DNA of 64,000 nt. Origin: Lama glama. Lineage: Eukaryota. Made by a program: the position numbers and the translations under genes. The notes under the pieces are model-generated. The model saw nothing but the letters and a program-made list of their open reading frames with translations. It did not search any database and had not been told where the DNA came from. The stretch covers positions 43,526,001-43,590,000 of the forward strand of contig CM052816.1 in the NCBI GenBank assembly GCA_028534125.1, in the 5' to 3' direction. Every line of letters starts with the position of its first letter. Position 1 is the first letter of the stretch. Of the stretch, positions 1-12,759 are shown one piece after another.

Positions 1-919
1 GTGCTAACCAGTGTCTGCTGGATGAATTGCGGGAGTCAGAACAAGAAGACTGAGGGATGACTCAGTGAAGCTAGAGGAACATGATTTTCAAAATGAATGA
101 AAGACACTTTCCTATATCATCTTTTCTTTCTTTTCCAGTTTCAATTTGGACTTCAGGGCTCATTAACCCAGACCATTCTTTTCAATACTACAGTAAGGAA
201 AGAAACTTTTGGAGAATCATGTAATTGAATTAGAAGTCCCCAAGAACATCTTTTTTTCCCCCCTGTCATAGGATTAAACTTTTACCCATTAGTTCCCAGA
301 CAAAATTTTCAGAAATCCTCTCTCAAACTTTGTTAATTGAGAAAAACACCTTTATTTGGCCTCTCAGTTACTCACAGGTGATTTGGGCTGTGTTTGTATC
401 TTTGATAAGATATGCATTTATAGGTAGGGAACTTTTAAAGCATTTTGAATACCGACTGAGGTCCTCTATTAGAAATCTCTCCATACATTTTGAGAAAAAG
501 GAGGCAGCTGTCAGGAAAAAAGAAAACTAATATTTACTGAGCCACAAATACTTGGCAAGCACTCTTGTAAGTGCTTTCACAAACTTCTCACATCTCCAAA
601 CAACTTTGCCTGGAAGGCAAGACCAGACTGAGATGTGCACCCAGGACCTCTGCCTTCAAGTTGAGATTCCCTAAATATTTAGTCACATTTATATAAAGTC
701 TGGGCGGGCACTGCTGGTGGGAAGAACCGAGGTGGGAATGTCACAGGGGCTTAGCTTCCACTTTATTGTTCCTGGCAATTCAGCTCTGGCTGCAAAAAGC
801 AAAGCAAAACACTGCATTGCCTAGAGTTTTCCTCCTTTGAAGGCAGTTTATGCTCAGTTATTATAACTTAGGAACACCTCTGGTGATCACACCCCACTTT
901 CCCACCCAAATGGAACTGT

Positions 920-1330
920 GTTAGTTAGATCACAGATGAAGCTCTAGAGACCTAAGATAGCAAGATGGCAGTCTGTCACATAACAGTCCAGTGTGTAAGC
1001 CATCCAAGCTGGTATGATATCTCTGTGGTATGAGGGATTCAGACTCCTTCTAGCTTGTTTTATGCCTTCCTTACAGCAGGATTTTCATATTCACGGTCTA
1101 AGATGCTTCCTACCATGTCCGCATATCATCCAGTGGGAAAGAGAAGAGGGATGGGGGAGGGAGAGGCCGCTGGGTATGGGTATGATCTGGAAGCTGCAGA
1201 TATCACTTCTGCTCACACATCATTGGTCAAAACCCAGTCACATGACTACATGGAGCAACTGCAGCCTTCCCAGCCTGGCCATGTGCAAGGAGGGGAGAAT
1301 GGACATTAGATGTCAACTATTCCTTGCCAT
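920..1330 (-). mobile_element. Old MaLR LTR (MLT1J/K/L-like) fragment
   Basis: Contains ATCACTTCTGCTCACACATCATTGGTCAAAACCCAGTCACATG, matching the recalled MLT1J/K/L core (cacttctgctcacatcccattggccagaacttagtcacatgg). Orientation, subfamily and edges are approximate. Confidence 0.65.
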
Positions 1331-2189
1331 AGGTTATTAGTAATGGATTTCAACTAAATGTGATGCTCTTATGGAAAGAGTTCTGTGTCTGCATTTCTCC
1401 TAGTTCTATTTTGAGAAAGCTGCAAACGTTATGGAGATTTAGTGTCGTTTTTAGTTTGGAACCTTTGGCCCCTGCCCTGATAGCCCAGCCCTTTGGTAGA
1501 CTCAGCTGAGATGGTATGTCCCCATTGCACAGATGAGGTCAGAGAGCATTAGTAAGATGGGGGTGGGTTGTTTTTCTTTGGATTTTCCCTGATTCTCTCT
1601 TATTTTCAAAACTTAACAAGATATAGGCTTTTGGCCATTTAAAAGAAGCTCTCAGACTCTGAGCTTAAGCAGCTCCTACAGTCACACACTAATGTGGCCT
1701 TTATATACAATGACTAATTCCTGGATTATTCTTACAGGAGAGCTTTCTGGAAGCTAATAAAAATCAGGAAATTCTTTCTGTTACCACAGATTAATCTTAA
1801 ATGTTTAAGAATTGTTTTTTGTTATTATTCAGTTTCAGCCAGTTCTCTTTCCTCCTTTCCTCTGTATTACTGTCTACAGAAAAGTTCTGTGTTTGGGGGC
1901 TCTCAAGTAGTTGTAGGGTGAAGCGATTGAAGAAACGACTGCGTAACCATAGCAGTTGTCAATCCCCGGGGACCCGTACACCCTGCCCCACAGCTCCCAT
2001 TCAGAAGCAGAGGCACCAAGATCAGACACTGCAGAAACCAAATGGCCAAGCATTTTCAAAGGCATGGGCAGCAGTGTTCGCTCCTTTCCTTTCCTTTTTT
2101 CCCCAACTCCTTGGTTTTTCTGCCGTCTCTTCATCTTTTCCTGGAGGGCTTTCTCAAGTTTGGATTTTCTGAGCCATCTGAAACATCTT

Positions 2190-2470
2190 TTTAATGTGCT
2201 AGCACTATTCTAAGAGTTTTTCCTCTCTTAGCCACTTAATCCTCACCTGTAATATGAGAAGTGTTAAAATTCCCATTTATTGGACAGGACATTGAGGCAC
2301 AGAGAGGTTAAGAAACTTGTCCAAAGTTATGCAGTTCGTAAGTGGCAGGATTCAGAACCACGATTTGAATTATTAAGCAAGCTATGGCTGCTTGAGCTTC
2401 AGTAACTTTCCTCTGGCTGCACAGGTAGTGCACTCAGGATTCAAGCCCAGGGCTTGGATCCCAGACCTCC
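2190..2470 (-). mobile_element. MIR SINE
   Basis: GAGGCACAGAGAGGTTAAGAAACTTGTCCAAAGTTATGCAG...GTAAGTGGCAG is the reverse complement of the MIR core. Confidence 0.85.
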
Positions 2471-3162
2471 AGTTCTGCTTTTCCACCTTGCCGCATGTGA
2501 AATATGGTCCTGACAAGGCTGTAGCCGCCTAATGGGGGTGCAAGTCTCCTCATCTGTGGCGTGTAATTCTCCTAGAGGCCCCCCATGCTCCACCCCCAGG
2601 TCAGAAACACTGATTTAATCTCAGCGGAGCATAGAGGCAGCCGTTGCACACAGGCTGCAATGTGAGGCACCACAGAAGTATCACCTCTATTTCACATCCT
2701 TGTTCAAACCTCCACTCTCCCATTCACCTGCCAGCATGAGGAGTGTGATTTTCTCTTGCAAGAGGATAATCTGAAATGCTACTTTGGCATCAGGAAACTA
2801 AGAGGTTCATATATTCTGCCTGGATGGGAATGTTTTTCAGCCTGAGAGCCTATAAAAATGTTGTGGCATGAATAGTTCAGCTGAAACAACAGAATGCTGG
2901 AAAAAATGAGTGTGCAAAATGTACTTGAAATACCAGTCATCAGCATGGTATGAAACACCCCTTCTCCCAGAGAGAGAGGCCTGTGCTCGGGAGCTAAGTA
3001 CACTTGCAGGACCAGCTGGGGATTGCAGGTTTCTGCTTTCCAAACTCTTAACTACTAACTAATGAAGATTAGAGACTAGGAAATACATTTCATTCCTTTG
3101 TGCTTCCGGAAATTTCCTCCAAGGTGATGGAAACAGAGTATCTTTGTACTGTAAAGACATTG

Positions 3163-3535
3163 GAATATATATATAAATATTATATAAAATTTATGTATAC
3201 ATGTTTGTGTTTATACATTATATGTAAATATAGTAAATTTTGTATTTTCTATCTTAAAATGATATATGACATGTAAAATGTGATATAAAATATATATTTA
3301 TATAATACAATATGTATTATATAATTTATATATCATATTATACATTACATATAACATATATTTACATATTATATATCATGTATGTTATTAGAGACATATT
3401 TATATTATATGTAAACATTGCTATATATTATATATTATGTATAATTTTTATAGTTCATATATAAATTCAATGTATTTTATGTATATTATATACATTTCAT
3501 ATAAATATATATAATATATAGTATGTATACACTAT
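3163..3535. repeat. Degenerate (TA)n / AT-rich low-complexity tract
   Basis: About 370 bp dominated by interrupted TATA/ATAT runs. Confidence 0.9.
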
Positions 3536-4159
3536 AAGCCAGTGCTGCAAAGTTTGTCTTTAACCTGGAAATAAAAGATTCAAACTAAAAATGTAAGTAA
3601 AAGGAGAAATACAAAAGATATTAAAGCTTGCTAAGGGCATAAACTTCGGTGTCTCATGGAGAAATGGATTTGGTGGGGCTGGGGGTGGGGGTGTGGCTTT
3701 CAATATAAATGATGACCAAAAATCTTTAAAAAAATATTCCCTTGAGGGTTTCTGCAGAATTTCAGCCCAAATTACCAAAGATTTTTGTTACTAGGGAGAC
3801 TCCCCATCCTAATCTGCTTAAGCAATGGCTTCAAATTTCACAGCTGCATTTTGGACCCGGCGTTCAGTTTTCATACATGCATTCTGATAGCCAGCGAACT
3901 GCCCTCTGCATGTCATGGGGTCACTGTCAGGGTGCCTGGCTGGGCAGGTGCGGTGCCGTCAGAACCCAGGTCTCCTCCCCGACCAATGCCTGGCTGCCTC
4001 TGCAGCAGCTCAGGAGGCTGAGTCAGCCAGTGTCCACAGCTCAACTTGCCTCACACTTTTTTCATGATATGGCCGTACTGATTTCTTTATATTCTTTCAT
4101 ACATTTGTGATTGCATAAATTACCTTTCAAGTTTTAGTCTATACTCTCAAGCTGTATTC

Positions 4160-4446
4160 TCTTATTTTATTTCTTGTTTTTATTTTATATTTTAATTTTT
4201 ATACACCTTTAAAGGTTACTTTCCATTTACAGTTATTATAAAATATTGGCTATATTCCCTGTGGTTTACAATGCATCCTTGATCCTATCTTCCACCCCCA
4301 AATTTGTACCTCTCACTCCCCAAATCCTTATATTGCTCCCTGGCCCCCTGTGCCGGTAACCACTAGTTTGCTCTCTCTTTCTGTGAGTCTACTTCTTTTC
4401 TGTTATATTCACTAGTTTGCTGTATTTTTTAGATTCCACATATAAC
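4160..4446 (-). mobile_element. L1 3' UTR fragment, cetartiodactyl type
   Basis: T-rich start, then GGTAACCACTAGTTTG...TCTGTGAGTCT...GTTATATTCACTAGTTTG...TTTTTTAGATTCCACATATAA, a reverse-strand L1 3' UTR pattern I recall from artiodactyl and cetacean genomes. Confidence 0.75.
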
Positions 4447-5869
4447 TTGACTCATTTTTATGATCATGGATTCAGAGAGCTTGAGTGAGCTGACAGCACC
4501 GGATCTCTAAAAGCCTTTTGAATACGGAGGATTGATGCTCTGCTTTAATTAGCAGCTTCACTGGCCCCTGAACTTCCCCACGTATTCTGCCATGGGGGGC
4601 ACACACCTCATTTAAGTAAAGGGCTCCTTTGCAAGAGTCACTTGTTCCCCCAGCACACTTCCTTGGATGCCGGCCGTCTGGCTAATTGACAAAGGTGCCA
4701 GCATTTGGTGATTGCTGGTAATGGATTTCTGTGTTTGTTTTATGGAAATTTTCATTCAAATACTTTGAAGAAATTTGGCAACACTTAAGTGAAGGCAGCT
4801 TAGCATGTGACATGAGCTTAGGAGCAGCAATCCAGCCCGTGGTGCTGGCAGTCTTCGTGCTCCCTCCAGGGGCTGGTGGTGACTCAAAGTCCAAGGGAAC
4901 TGGTTGGTCTGGCTGAGCAAGAAGCCATCCTGTCCCATCATGGGCAGCACTGGTGTCAGAGATATGGCCCTGCAGGATGGGCATTGCTTCAGGAGTCCTG
5001 GGCTGAGACTTGCTAGAGTTGCCAAGTGGAGGATATTGCCACTGAGGTACCAGAGGTGCCAGGGCCAAAATATATCCATCCAACAAACACCCAGAGGCTT
5101 TTCAAAATTCTGACCTAAGACCTAATGGCTTCAAGTCAACCCTGCAACATTCCCTCTGGTGCATCTTAGCGAGGGTCTGGTCTTGCAGAACGAGCACTGG
5201 ACTGGGAGTCCTCAGGAGGCAGGAATCTGGTGCTTCCTCCACATCTACGTGGATGTGTGACCTTGTCCACGACCCTCTCCGGGTAGCTGTAAAGTGCAGC
5301 AGATGGACGGAAGGTTCTTAGAGTGTCTTGACCTAGGGACATGGGAACGGAGTCCAGGGGTGAGGAGGATTTCCACACGCGTCACAGCACCCCTGCGGAA
5401 GCCTGGTGAGCCACGCACTCCCCACACTCCAGAGAGCACAGGGAGGGACATGCACAGGCATGGCAGGCAGGAGAGACCTCATGGAGTGTGACAAATGAAA
5501 AATTTTAAAACGACATTTACTTTTACAAGTCAGACATTTAAGTGGGGCCTTTTTATGGGGCATTTTCAATTTTTATATCACCTAGGAGACTTTTGCATTT
5601 CTTACAATTCTTCTGCACATTAAAAATGAATTATAGTCTCATCCATTTTAGAAAAGAATTTGGGTGAATTTATAAAACAGACAAAGGCCACATGTGCCCT
5701 GAGACAGTCCAATAACCTGAATGAGTTTCTCCCTTTGATGGATGTACTAGTACCTGCGACTGAGGAAAAGACATTCAATGTCAGAATTTTAGTATGAACC
5801 TAGTGTTTGGCATCATTCGTGAGTACTTTTACTGTCTCTCCTATCATTTAACGTGTTTCTTAATGTTTG

Positions 5870-5990
5870 TTTGCGGCCAGTCACGTGGACAGAAATAAGT
5901 AAGTAGGGGCGGAAAGTACGGAGCCCGAAGTTCGCAGAAGCGCCTGGATGCGTCCTGGGATCATTTGGCGGGGCTGTGCCCCGCGCTCAG
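5870..5990. promoter_or_regulatory. Small CpG-rich patch with E-box, GC-box and E2F-like motifs
   Basis: CACGTG (~5882), GGGGCGG (~5906), TTTGGCGG (~5964) and a local cluster of CpGs. Function is inferred only. Confidence 0.3.
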
Positions 5991-6839
5991 TGCTAACTGA
6001 TTCTTCTGTCCCAGCTGCTTTGATTCTCACTACTGCCCTGTGAGAAAGTACTGTTTTGTCTTCTGCGTTTTTAGATGGATGCTCTGAAGGGTTAAGGAAT
6101 GGGCCAAGGGGGAGGGTCAGGAAGTCATGTGTCCCGGTCCAGAGTCCTTGCAGGGTACCACGGTGCTATCCTGCTGCCTGGTGGGACTCAGGCTGGCCTT
6201 GGCCTTCCCCTCTGGTCTTTACCACATAGGGTCAAGACTGACATCTTGGCAGGCTCTGTAAACTATCCTATTAAGTGTTAAGTTTCTTGAAAAGAGGATC
6301 CAGGTTTGGTTAAAGGTACAAATTTTATACTTGCTGAATGATTGAGTTGAATTGAAAGGTGTGTCCTCTCTGCTCACTGCGCTCCAGGGGAGAAATTGAG
6401 AAGACCAGTTTTCCCCCATGGTATGCAGCACTAGCAGGTGCTCTGCCATCCTCCCCTGGCCAGATGAGGCACATCAGATTCTAGAATTTGGTCATCAAAC
6501 GGCTAATCAGAGCAATGGCAATGGGCAGGGTAGGGAGAAAAGTCTTTATTTTGGATTTATTTGATTTGGGGTACAATTGCCGGTGGCTCCTGAAAATGGT
6601 GCTTAGAGCAGTTCTGGAATTTTTTTTATCTCTCAACCCTGTCAGACATCTGACATGGGCACCCACAAGTCCAAGAGCAGCAGGAAGGCGGCAACCAGGC
6701 TTGGTGGGGTCTGGACACCATGGAACAGTGGAAGGGCCTGGGAGTATTTACCTTAGGAAGAGAAGCTTTTATTTGTGTTAGTAATATTGTCATTTGTGTG
6801 AGCTTTTATGAATAGGAAGTTAATTAAAAGAATATTTTG

Positions 6840-6972
6840 TGACAATGAATATATGTATGTTCATGTATGACTGAAAAATTGTGCTCTACACTGGAATTTG
6901 ACACAACATTGTAAAATGATTATAACTCAATAATAAATGTTAAAAAAAAACTAATCCTCAAAAAAAGTTAGA
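6840..6972 (+). mobile_element. Young, heavily 5'-truncated L1 (camelid-type 3' end) with 14-bp TSD
   Basis: Body matches the reverse complement of the L1 end at 10768-10871. AATAAA then an A-tail. TSD AAAAGAATATTTTG at 6826-6839 and 6973-6986, at a canonical TT/AAAA endonuclease site. Confidence 0.92.
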
Positions 6973-7129
6973 AAAAGAATATTTTGGTTCACAAAGTTTA
7001 TTTTCTTGGCATTCCCTGGCATATTTGAAATATGGGATAAAGCATTCTTATCACAGTTGTTTTAAGAAGTTAAAAAGCAAATACTATAAACCTATACCAA
7101 TTCTCTACAACATGGGTAGGAATTTGATT

Positions 7130-7222
7130 CTCTAATTCACAGCTATTTTCCCAGCACTTAGAACAGCACCACGCATTGTCCAGGTGCTGGGAAATGTTTG
7201 TTGAATGACTGAATGAATGAAG
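7130..7222 (+). mobile_element. L2 3' end
   Basis: CCCAGCACTTAGAACAG...AAATGTTTGTTGAATGACTGAATGAATGAA, the typical L2 terminus. Confidence 0.75.
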
Positions 7223-10200
7223 TGTGTAGGTTGCTTAAAAACCCTGCCAGTTCCTGACAGCTCTCATCACCTTTGCTGCTGATGCTTTTAGTATTTTTAA
7301 ACAAGCTTAAAACACTTTATATAAAACCTGAATATATAAAAATGAAATGTTTAAATTAATAAGTTCAAATATGTAAAATAAATTTCCTTGTTTTACAACT
7401 AGTCACTGATAACAATGAAGCTGTTACAATGACAAGCGAAACATTTGAAATCCAGGACTCTGACAGATACAAGTATATATAGCAGTCTCAAATCCAATTT
7501 TTTTTCTGTCTTCTCTTTGGCTTGCCTGATACTGTATCAGGAAATTATTGGTTCACAGAGAAGTAGTTTGCCTTGCAATCTCAGGATACTCTTCAGTGAA
7601 ACTGATTTGGGAGCTTGAGAGAACTCATGGAAAATGTTTGTTTCAAAGTTGAATCATTAACAAGACAGTACCTATTTGCTCTTAAACCTCATCGTCAGCA
7701 TGTCAGATTAGAAGGGCTGCAAACTTCACACGAGAGCTAAGGGTATCTGCCATATGGATACTTGCCAGGCATTCATTTGTCACTGACCGCTGGTCAGTTT
7801 GCCACAAAGGGAAGCTAGCTACCTGCAGGTGTGCCTGATCCCTGCCGTGGGTAATGCATGTGGATGTCTGCCCAAACTGAAGGCTCTCCTGTGTTTACAG
7901 AACCTTAAAATTCTGAAGAATGTTGAGCGGACGAGAGGAAGAGGTAGGGAGGCAAGAAGGAAGCCTCATTACCGAATGGGACTTTGTCTGAATTAGGCAT
8001 TCGCTCATTCATCCATTTGTTTGTTTCCAAATATCTTTTGAGTATCTACTGTAAATAAAGGGCTCCTCTCTTTACAGGGATTAAAAATCCAGCTTCTATA
8101 GATTTGGAATTGCTGTTGGGGAAAAGGAAATGCAAGAAGAGGAGGATAATGTCCTTCAGATCACTTTGAGGAAGTACGAAGAGAGTAATTGGTATGAGGT
8201 GGAGAGGGTTCGTAGAGGGTTTTTCTAGTTGCCAGTTCTTTGCATTGCTCTGTAACAGTTTGGAGGATGCTTGGCATTCACCACCTAGCTGTCCGTGCAC
8301 ATGCATCATACAGATTCACTGTTTCTCAGGAAGGAGTTAGTTTTTTTACAAACTCTGGCAAGACAAGAGCAACATCAAAGAACTTTCTTTGACTGAGATC
8401 TTTTGGATCAGCTTTCACCCCATGTCACCTAGTAATGAGTGACCCAACTTACTCTGGGTCAACCTGGAAACACAATTTAGGTCAGCTGAACGTTTTCCAC
8501 ACATTCTGAGTGCTCTGAGTTACGGATGGGGCACCCTCTCTTTTACCTAATAACTGTAGGTTTATTAGAATTTCAGTCGGCTGCCAAGTAAATATTTAAA
8601 GTTGGAGCCAAGGAAGCTCATGATGTCTGAAGGGCAGTGTGGCGTTTTTCTTCTCTCCCCGTGTCCTGAGAACACGGAGCTTACTCCGGAAACACGGAAT
8701 TAAAAACCGAATTCGCAATAGAACAAAATGTTTGTTTACAGACTGAAGGCTGTGAACTACAACTCACTTTATTTGTGGATGTCAGAATTTTTATCCAGGA
8801 AGGAAAACACTGTCCTTTCTTTTGGTTCTTTCCACCTCCGTTTCCCTCTCCAGAGACAACTGTGTCATCACTGCTGCATCATTGTTACCGTGACTTCCAG
8901 GAGAAGAGAATTAGCAGCCACTTAATTACTAATCACCTGGAGTTGGCAGGAAGACTGAAATGTAAAGGATGAAGGGAGCGGATTAGCAGGAAGGGAAGGA
9001 AGGAGGGCTGTGATGCTGCTTTGGTGTTTACCCTCTAGAAAGCAGCTCCTTTGACCTAATCCTCGGCTGTACTTCTGCAGGGAGAAGGAGAGATATATAG
9101 GTCAAACTTGGTCATGGGAGGGGCGTTGTGGTTTCCTGGTCTGGCTGGAGGCGCGACTCAAACATAAGGTACAAGGTCAAGTCAGGTCAATAGGAACCAA
9201 CCTGGGCAAGCTGCAGCTGCTCTGTCACCTTGAGTGCTTTTCAATTTGGAAGAACAGAGAAGAGCAGCTTCTCTCTGAATCACTGCTTTTCCAGGCTTAT
9301 GAATTTCAGAAACTCTTGTACTTTCCATTGCTTTCCAAACACGGACTTGTTTCAGGCTTCCCTGCACACAGATTGCAGTGATGTGGGCAAACAATTTTGA
9401 CAAGATATGCAGCTTTGAGAAAAAGCACTTGAGGCTTACAAGGACATGCACTGTCGTTGGCCTCTTGGTGGGGGTGGTGGTAGGAGCTGCTGCTAAGCGT
9501 GTGAGCGGGAAACCCAGGTCTGGAGGCCCTCCCTTGCGGTGGGGCCCAGACAGCCGGTCAGCACATATCTGGCATTCTCAGCAGGGTTTATCATCAGATT
9601 TATAACCAACAGAAGGTCATTTTCTGTCTGGGCTCCAGGAAAAAGAAAGAACATCTCACCCAGGGCTTTTTACTCATACCTCTTACATCTGAGCTCCAAA
9701 AACATCTATTGCACACCAGCTGTGTGCAGAGAGCCATAGAAAGGTGAAGAAGAAATTAAAGATGGTCACTCTCTTGGAGAAGCTACCTTCTAAAATTGGA
9801 GCTAAAAGCTTGTGAAAGCTGATATAAATGCTTTTGAAATAGCAGAGAAAGGACAAACAAATATTTCAGTAAAGGAGGGGGATGGACAGGATACTCGGTG
9901 TCTTTTCACTCTGGAATGAAGGGGCTGTGGTTCTGCAGCAAATTTCCTTTGTTTTCTTTTTATAAGTTTTTTTTGCCACCTCTTAATTTCCTGCAGCCTC
10001 CACTGGTTAATTTTATTCTAATTTAGTTTCCTTCTGGGCAAGAATGTGGGTCTAATCATTAACTTCCAGCCTCCATGCTTGTTGCCTTCAAAGAGTAGCA
10101 CCTTCCACCCAGATGGTCAATGGTGGGGAAAGAAATCAAATGTCTTTAAGTGCAGAGAAGAAAAAGTGAAGTGAATTTGAATGAAGCACTTTAAATTTAA

Positions 10201-10459
10201 GAGAAGAGTAAAATGATTTGTTGTCTGCTTTTAAATTTAAGGGTTCTATTTTATAAATGCACACAGCACTTTACTGAATACATATGACAAATGATAAAAT
10301 AAATTTCAAGACTACGGTTTGCTCAATGAAAGGAAAGAGTGTACAGGAAATGTTTAGGTAGGGAAATGAAGAACTCAGAAAAAAGGCAGATCCAACCTTG
10401 GTGTTTTCAAAATTCTGATAGCAAGTTCTGTAATGCAAGGCGGTATGTGGAGCTCTGAG

Positions 10460-10650
10460 ATAGCACAGTGCTGTGAAAGACCACAGCTTTGGGGACAGAG
10501 AGACAGGGATTCAGCCCAGGTGTTCTGGGTAACTGTCAGCAAATGACTTAACCACTTGCAGCCCCAATTGCTTCATTTGATTACAGATAAGCAATACGAA
10601 TAACGTACATGAAGAATTTAGCACAAAGCAGGTCCTAAATAAATGTTAAA
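10460..10650 (+). mobile_element. MIR SINE (degenerate)
   Basis: tRNA-like head (GACAGAGAGACAGGGATTCAGCCCAGG), core (GCAAATGACTTAACCAC) and a 3' AATAAATGTT. Confidence 0.6.
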
Positions 10651-10905
10651 AACTGACCAGCTAGAGACTACATTTTCCAGCCTCTCTTGCAGCTAGGTGT
10701 GTCCACATGATTAAGTTCTGATGTAAGGGGAAGTGTTTTTTTTTCACTGTTGAAGTATTTTTTTTTTAAACATTTTTTATTGATTTATAATCATTTTACA
10801 AAGTTGTGTCAAATTCCAGTGTTCAGCACAATTTTTCAGTTATACATGAACATATATATATTCATTGTCACATTTTTTTCTCTGTGAGCTACCATAAGAT
10901 TTTGT

Positions 10906-11405
10906 NNNNNNNNNNNNNNNNNNNNNNNNNNNNNNNNNNNNNNNNNNNNNNNNNNNNNNNNNNNNNNNNNNNNNNNNNNNNNNNNNNNNNNNNNNNNNNN
11001 NNNNNNNNNNNNNNNNNNNNNNNNNNNNNNNNNNNNNNNNNNNNNNNNNNNNNNNNNNNNNNNNNNNNNNNNNNNNNNNNNNNNNNNNNNNNNNNNNNNN
11101 NNNNNNNNNNNNNNNNNNNNNNNNNNNNNNNNNNNNNNNNNNNNNNNNNNNNNNNNNNNNNNNNNNNNNNNNNNNNNNNNNNNNNNNNNNNNNNNNNNNN
11201 NNNNNNNNNNNNNNNNNNNNNNNNNNNNNNNNNNNNNNNNNNNNNNNNNNNNNNNNNNNNNNNNNNNNNNNNNNNNNNNNNNNNNNNNNNNNNNNNNNNN
11301 NNNNNNNNNNNNNNNNNNNNNNNNNNNNNNNNNNNNNNNNNNNNNNNNNNNNNNNNNNNNNNNNNNNNNNNNNNNNNNNNNNNNNNNNNNNNNNNNNNNN
11401 NNNNN
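10906..11405. other. Assembly gap (500 N)
   Basis: Run of exactly 500 N inside the L1. Confidence 0.99.
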
Positions 11406-11996
11406 TGCATTAAATCTGTAGGTTGCCTTGGGCAGTATGACCAATTTAACACTATTTATTCTTCCAATCCAGGAGCATGGGATATCTTTCCATTTTTTAA
11501 AGTCTTCTTTAATTTCCTTCATCAATGGTTTATAGTTTTCTGTGTATAAGTCTTTCACTTCCTTTGTTAGATTTATTCCTAGGTATTTTATTACTTTGGG
11601 TGCTATTTTAAAGGGGATTGTTTCTTTACTTTCTTTTTCTGTTAATTCATCATTAATGTAAAGAAATGCAACTGATTTTTGGATGTTAATCTTGTAACCT
11701 GCTACCTTGCTGAATTCTTCAATCAGCTCTAGTAGTTTTTGTGTGGACCTTTTAGGATTTTCTATGTATAGTAACATGTCATCGGCATATAGTGACATTT
11801 TTACCTCTTCTTTTCCAATTTGGATCCCTTTTATTTCTCTCTCTTGCCTGATGGCTGTGGCTATGACTTCCAGGACTATGTTGAATAGGAGTGATAGTGG
11901 GCATCCTTGTCTTGTCCCAGATTTTAGTGGGAAGCTTTTGAGTTTTTCACCATTGAGTACTATGCTGGCTGTAGGTTTGTCATATATAGTTTTTAT
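11406..11996 (-). pseudogene. L1 ORF2p reverse-transcriptase domain fragment (open frame, 5'-truncated)
   Basis: Translation contains [62 protein letters not shown] and YRFNA, all hallmark L1 ORF2 motifs. Confidence 0.95.
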
Positions 11997-12759
11997 TAAG
12001 GGGGAAGTGATCTCTGCAATCACTGCTTTGCTTGCTGAACAAAACTATTCAGTCTAAATGTCCCCTCTTTCTTGTTCCATGGGATGGAGACAGATTTGGA
12101 GGTAACCCCACTTTGACCAGGCAGATGAGGACAGTGATGATGCAGCAATGACAGGAAGGAGTCAGGGCTGATGAACGGTATTTGGTCAGGGCTGTCCCCT
12201 CAGCTGAGACTTGATGGAGTGTTACGTCAGAGAGACAAATTTCTGTCTTATTACTAGGAAGCAGCCGTAATATTGACTTGGGTTTTACTTTAATACAGGA
12301 GGATTCTAGACATTTTTTGTTGGGGTATTCATTGATCACCAGGAAGCTTTTGAAAATAGTCATTGTGGATGTTCAGAACCAGAATTTTGAGACACAAGCT
12401 ACTGGGAGGTGTAGGTACTGAGCTTTGCCTGTTCCTGAAGATCCTCTACCTTGGCCTCTACTCTTTCATCATTACTCTTCCCCCCACCCCAAACACATAC
12501 CTTCTCAGGTGACTCAGTGCCATGTCACAGTGCTGAGGTACTCATGGGGGCAGCTCCATGACAAAGATGTAAGTGGGAGAGTCTGACACAGAGTTGCAGT
12601 GGTAGCTCTGGGGTCCTCCTCAGCAGTGCATATCTTTGTGGAATTGTTAATATTTAAGAGGAGTGCCAGAGTTGGTTGTCCCCTGGGAGTTGTATTGCTT
12701 TCAAGGGCGTATCACAATTCTTGTCATCAAAATAATGCTAGGTAATAGTTTACTGTCTG

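Larger units (their letters stand above)
10736..11996 (-). mobile_element. Young 5'-truncated L1 (camelid type) spanning an assembly gap
   Basis: Poly(T) and L1 3' end at 10736-10905, ORF2 RT region at 11406-11996. Near-identical TSD TAAGGGGAAGTG (10724-10735) and TAAGGGGGAAGTG (11997-12009). Confidence 0.93.
10665..12290 (+). mobile_element. MLT1 (J/K-like) LTR split by the young L1 (pieces 10665-10735 and ~12010-12290)
   Basis: CTACATTTTCCAGCCTCTCTTGCAGCTAGGTGTG...CATGATTAAGTTCTG on the left continues as GAAGTGATCTCTGC on the right of the L1. Confidence 0.65.

Noticed and set aside
10806..11549. Long ORFs of 247, 187 and 395 aa in the ORF track
   Set aside because: They read through the N gap. 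Only the minus-strand 11406-11996 part is real L1 ORF2.
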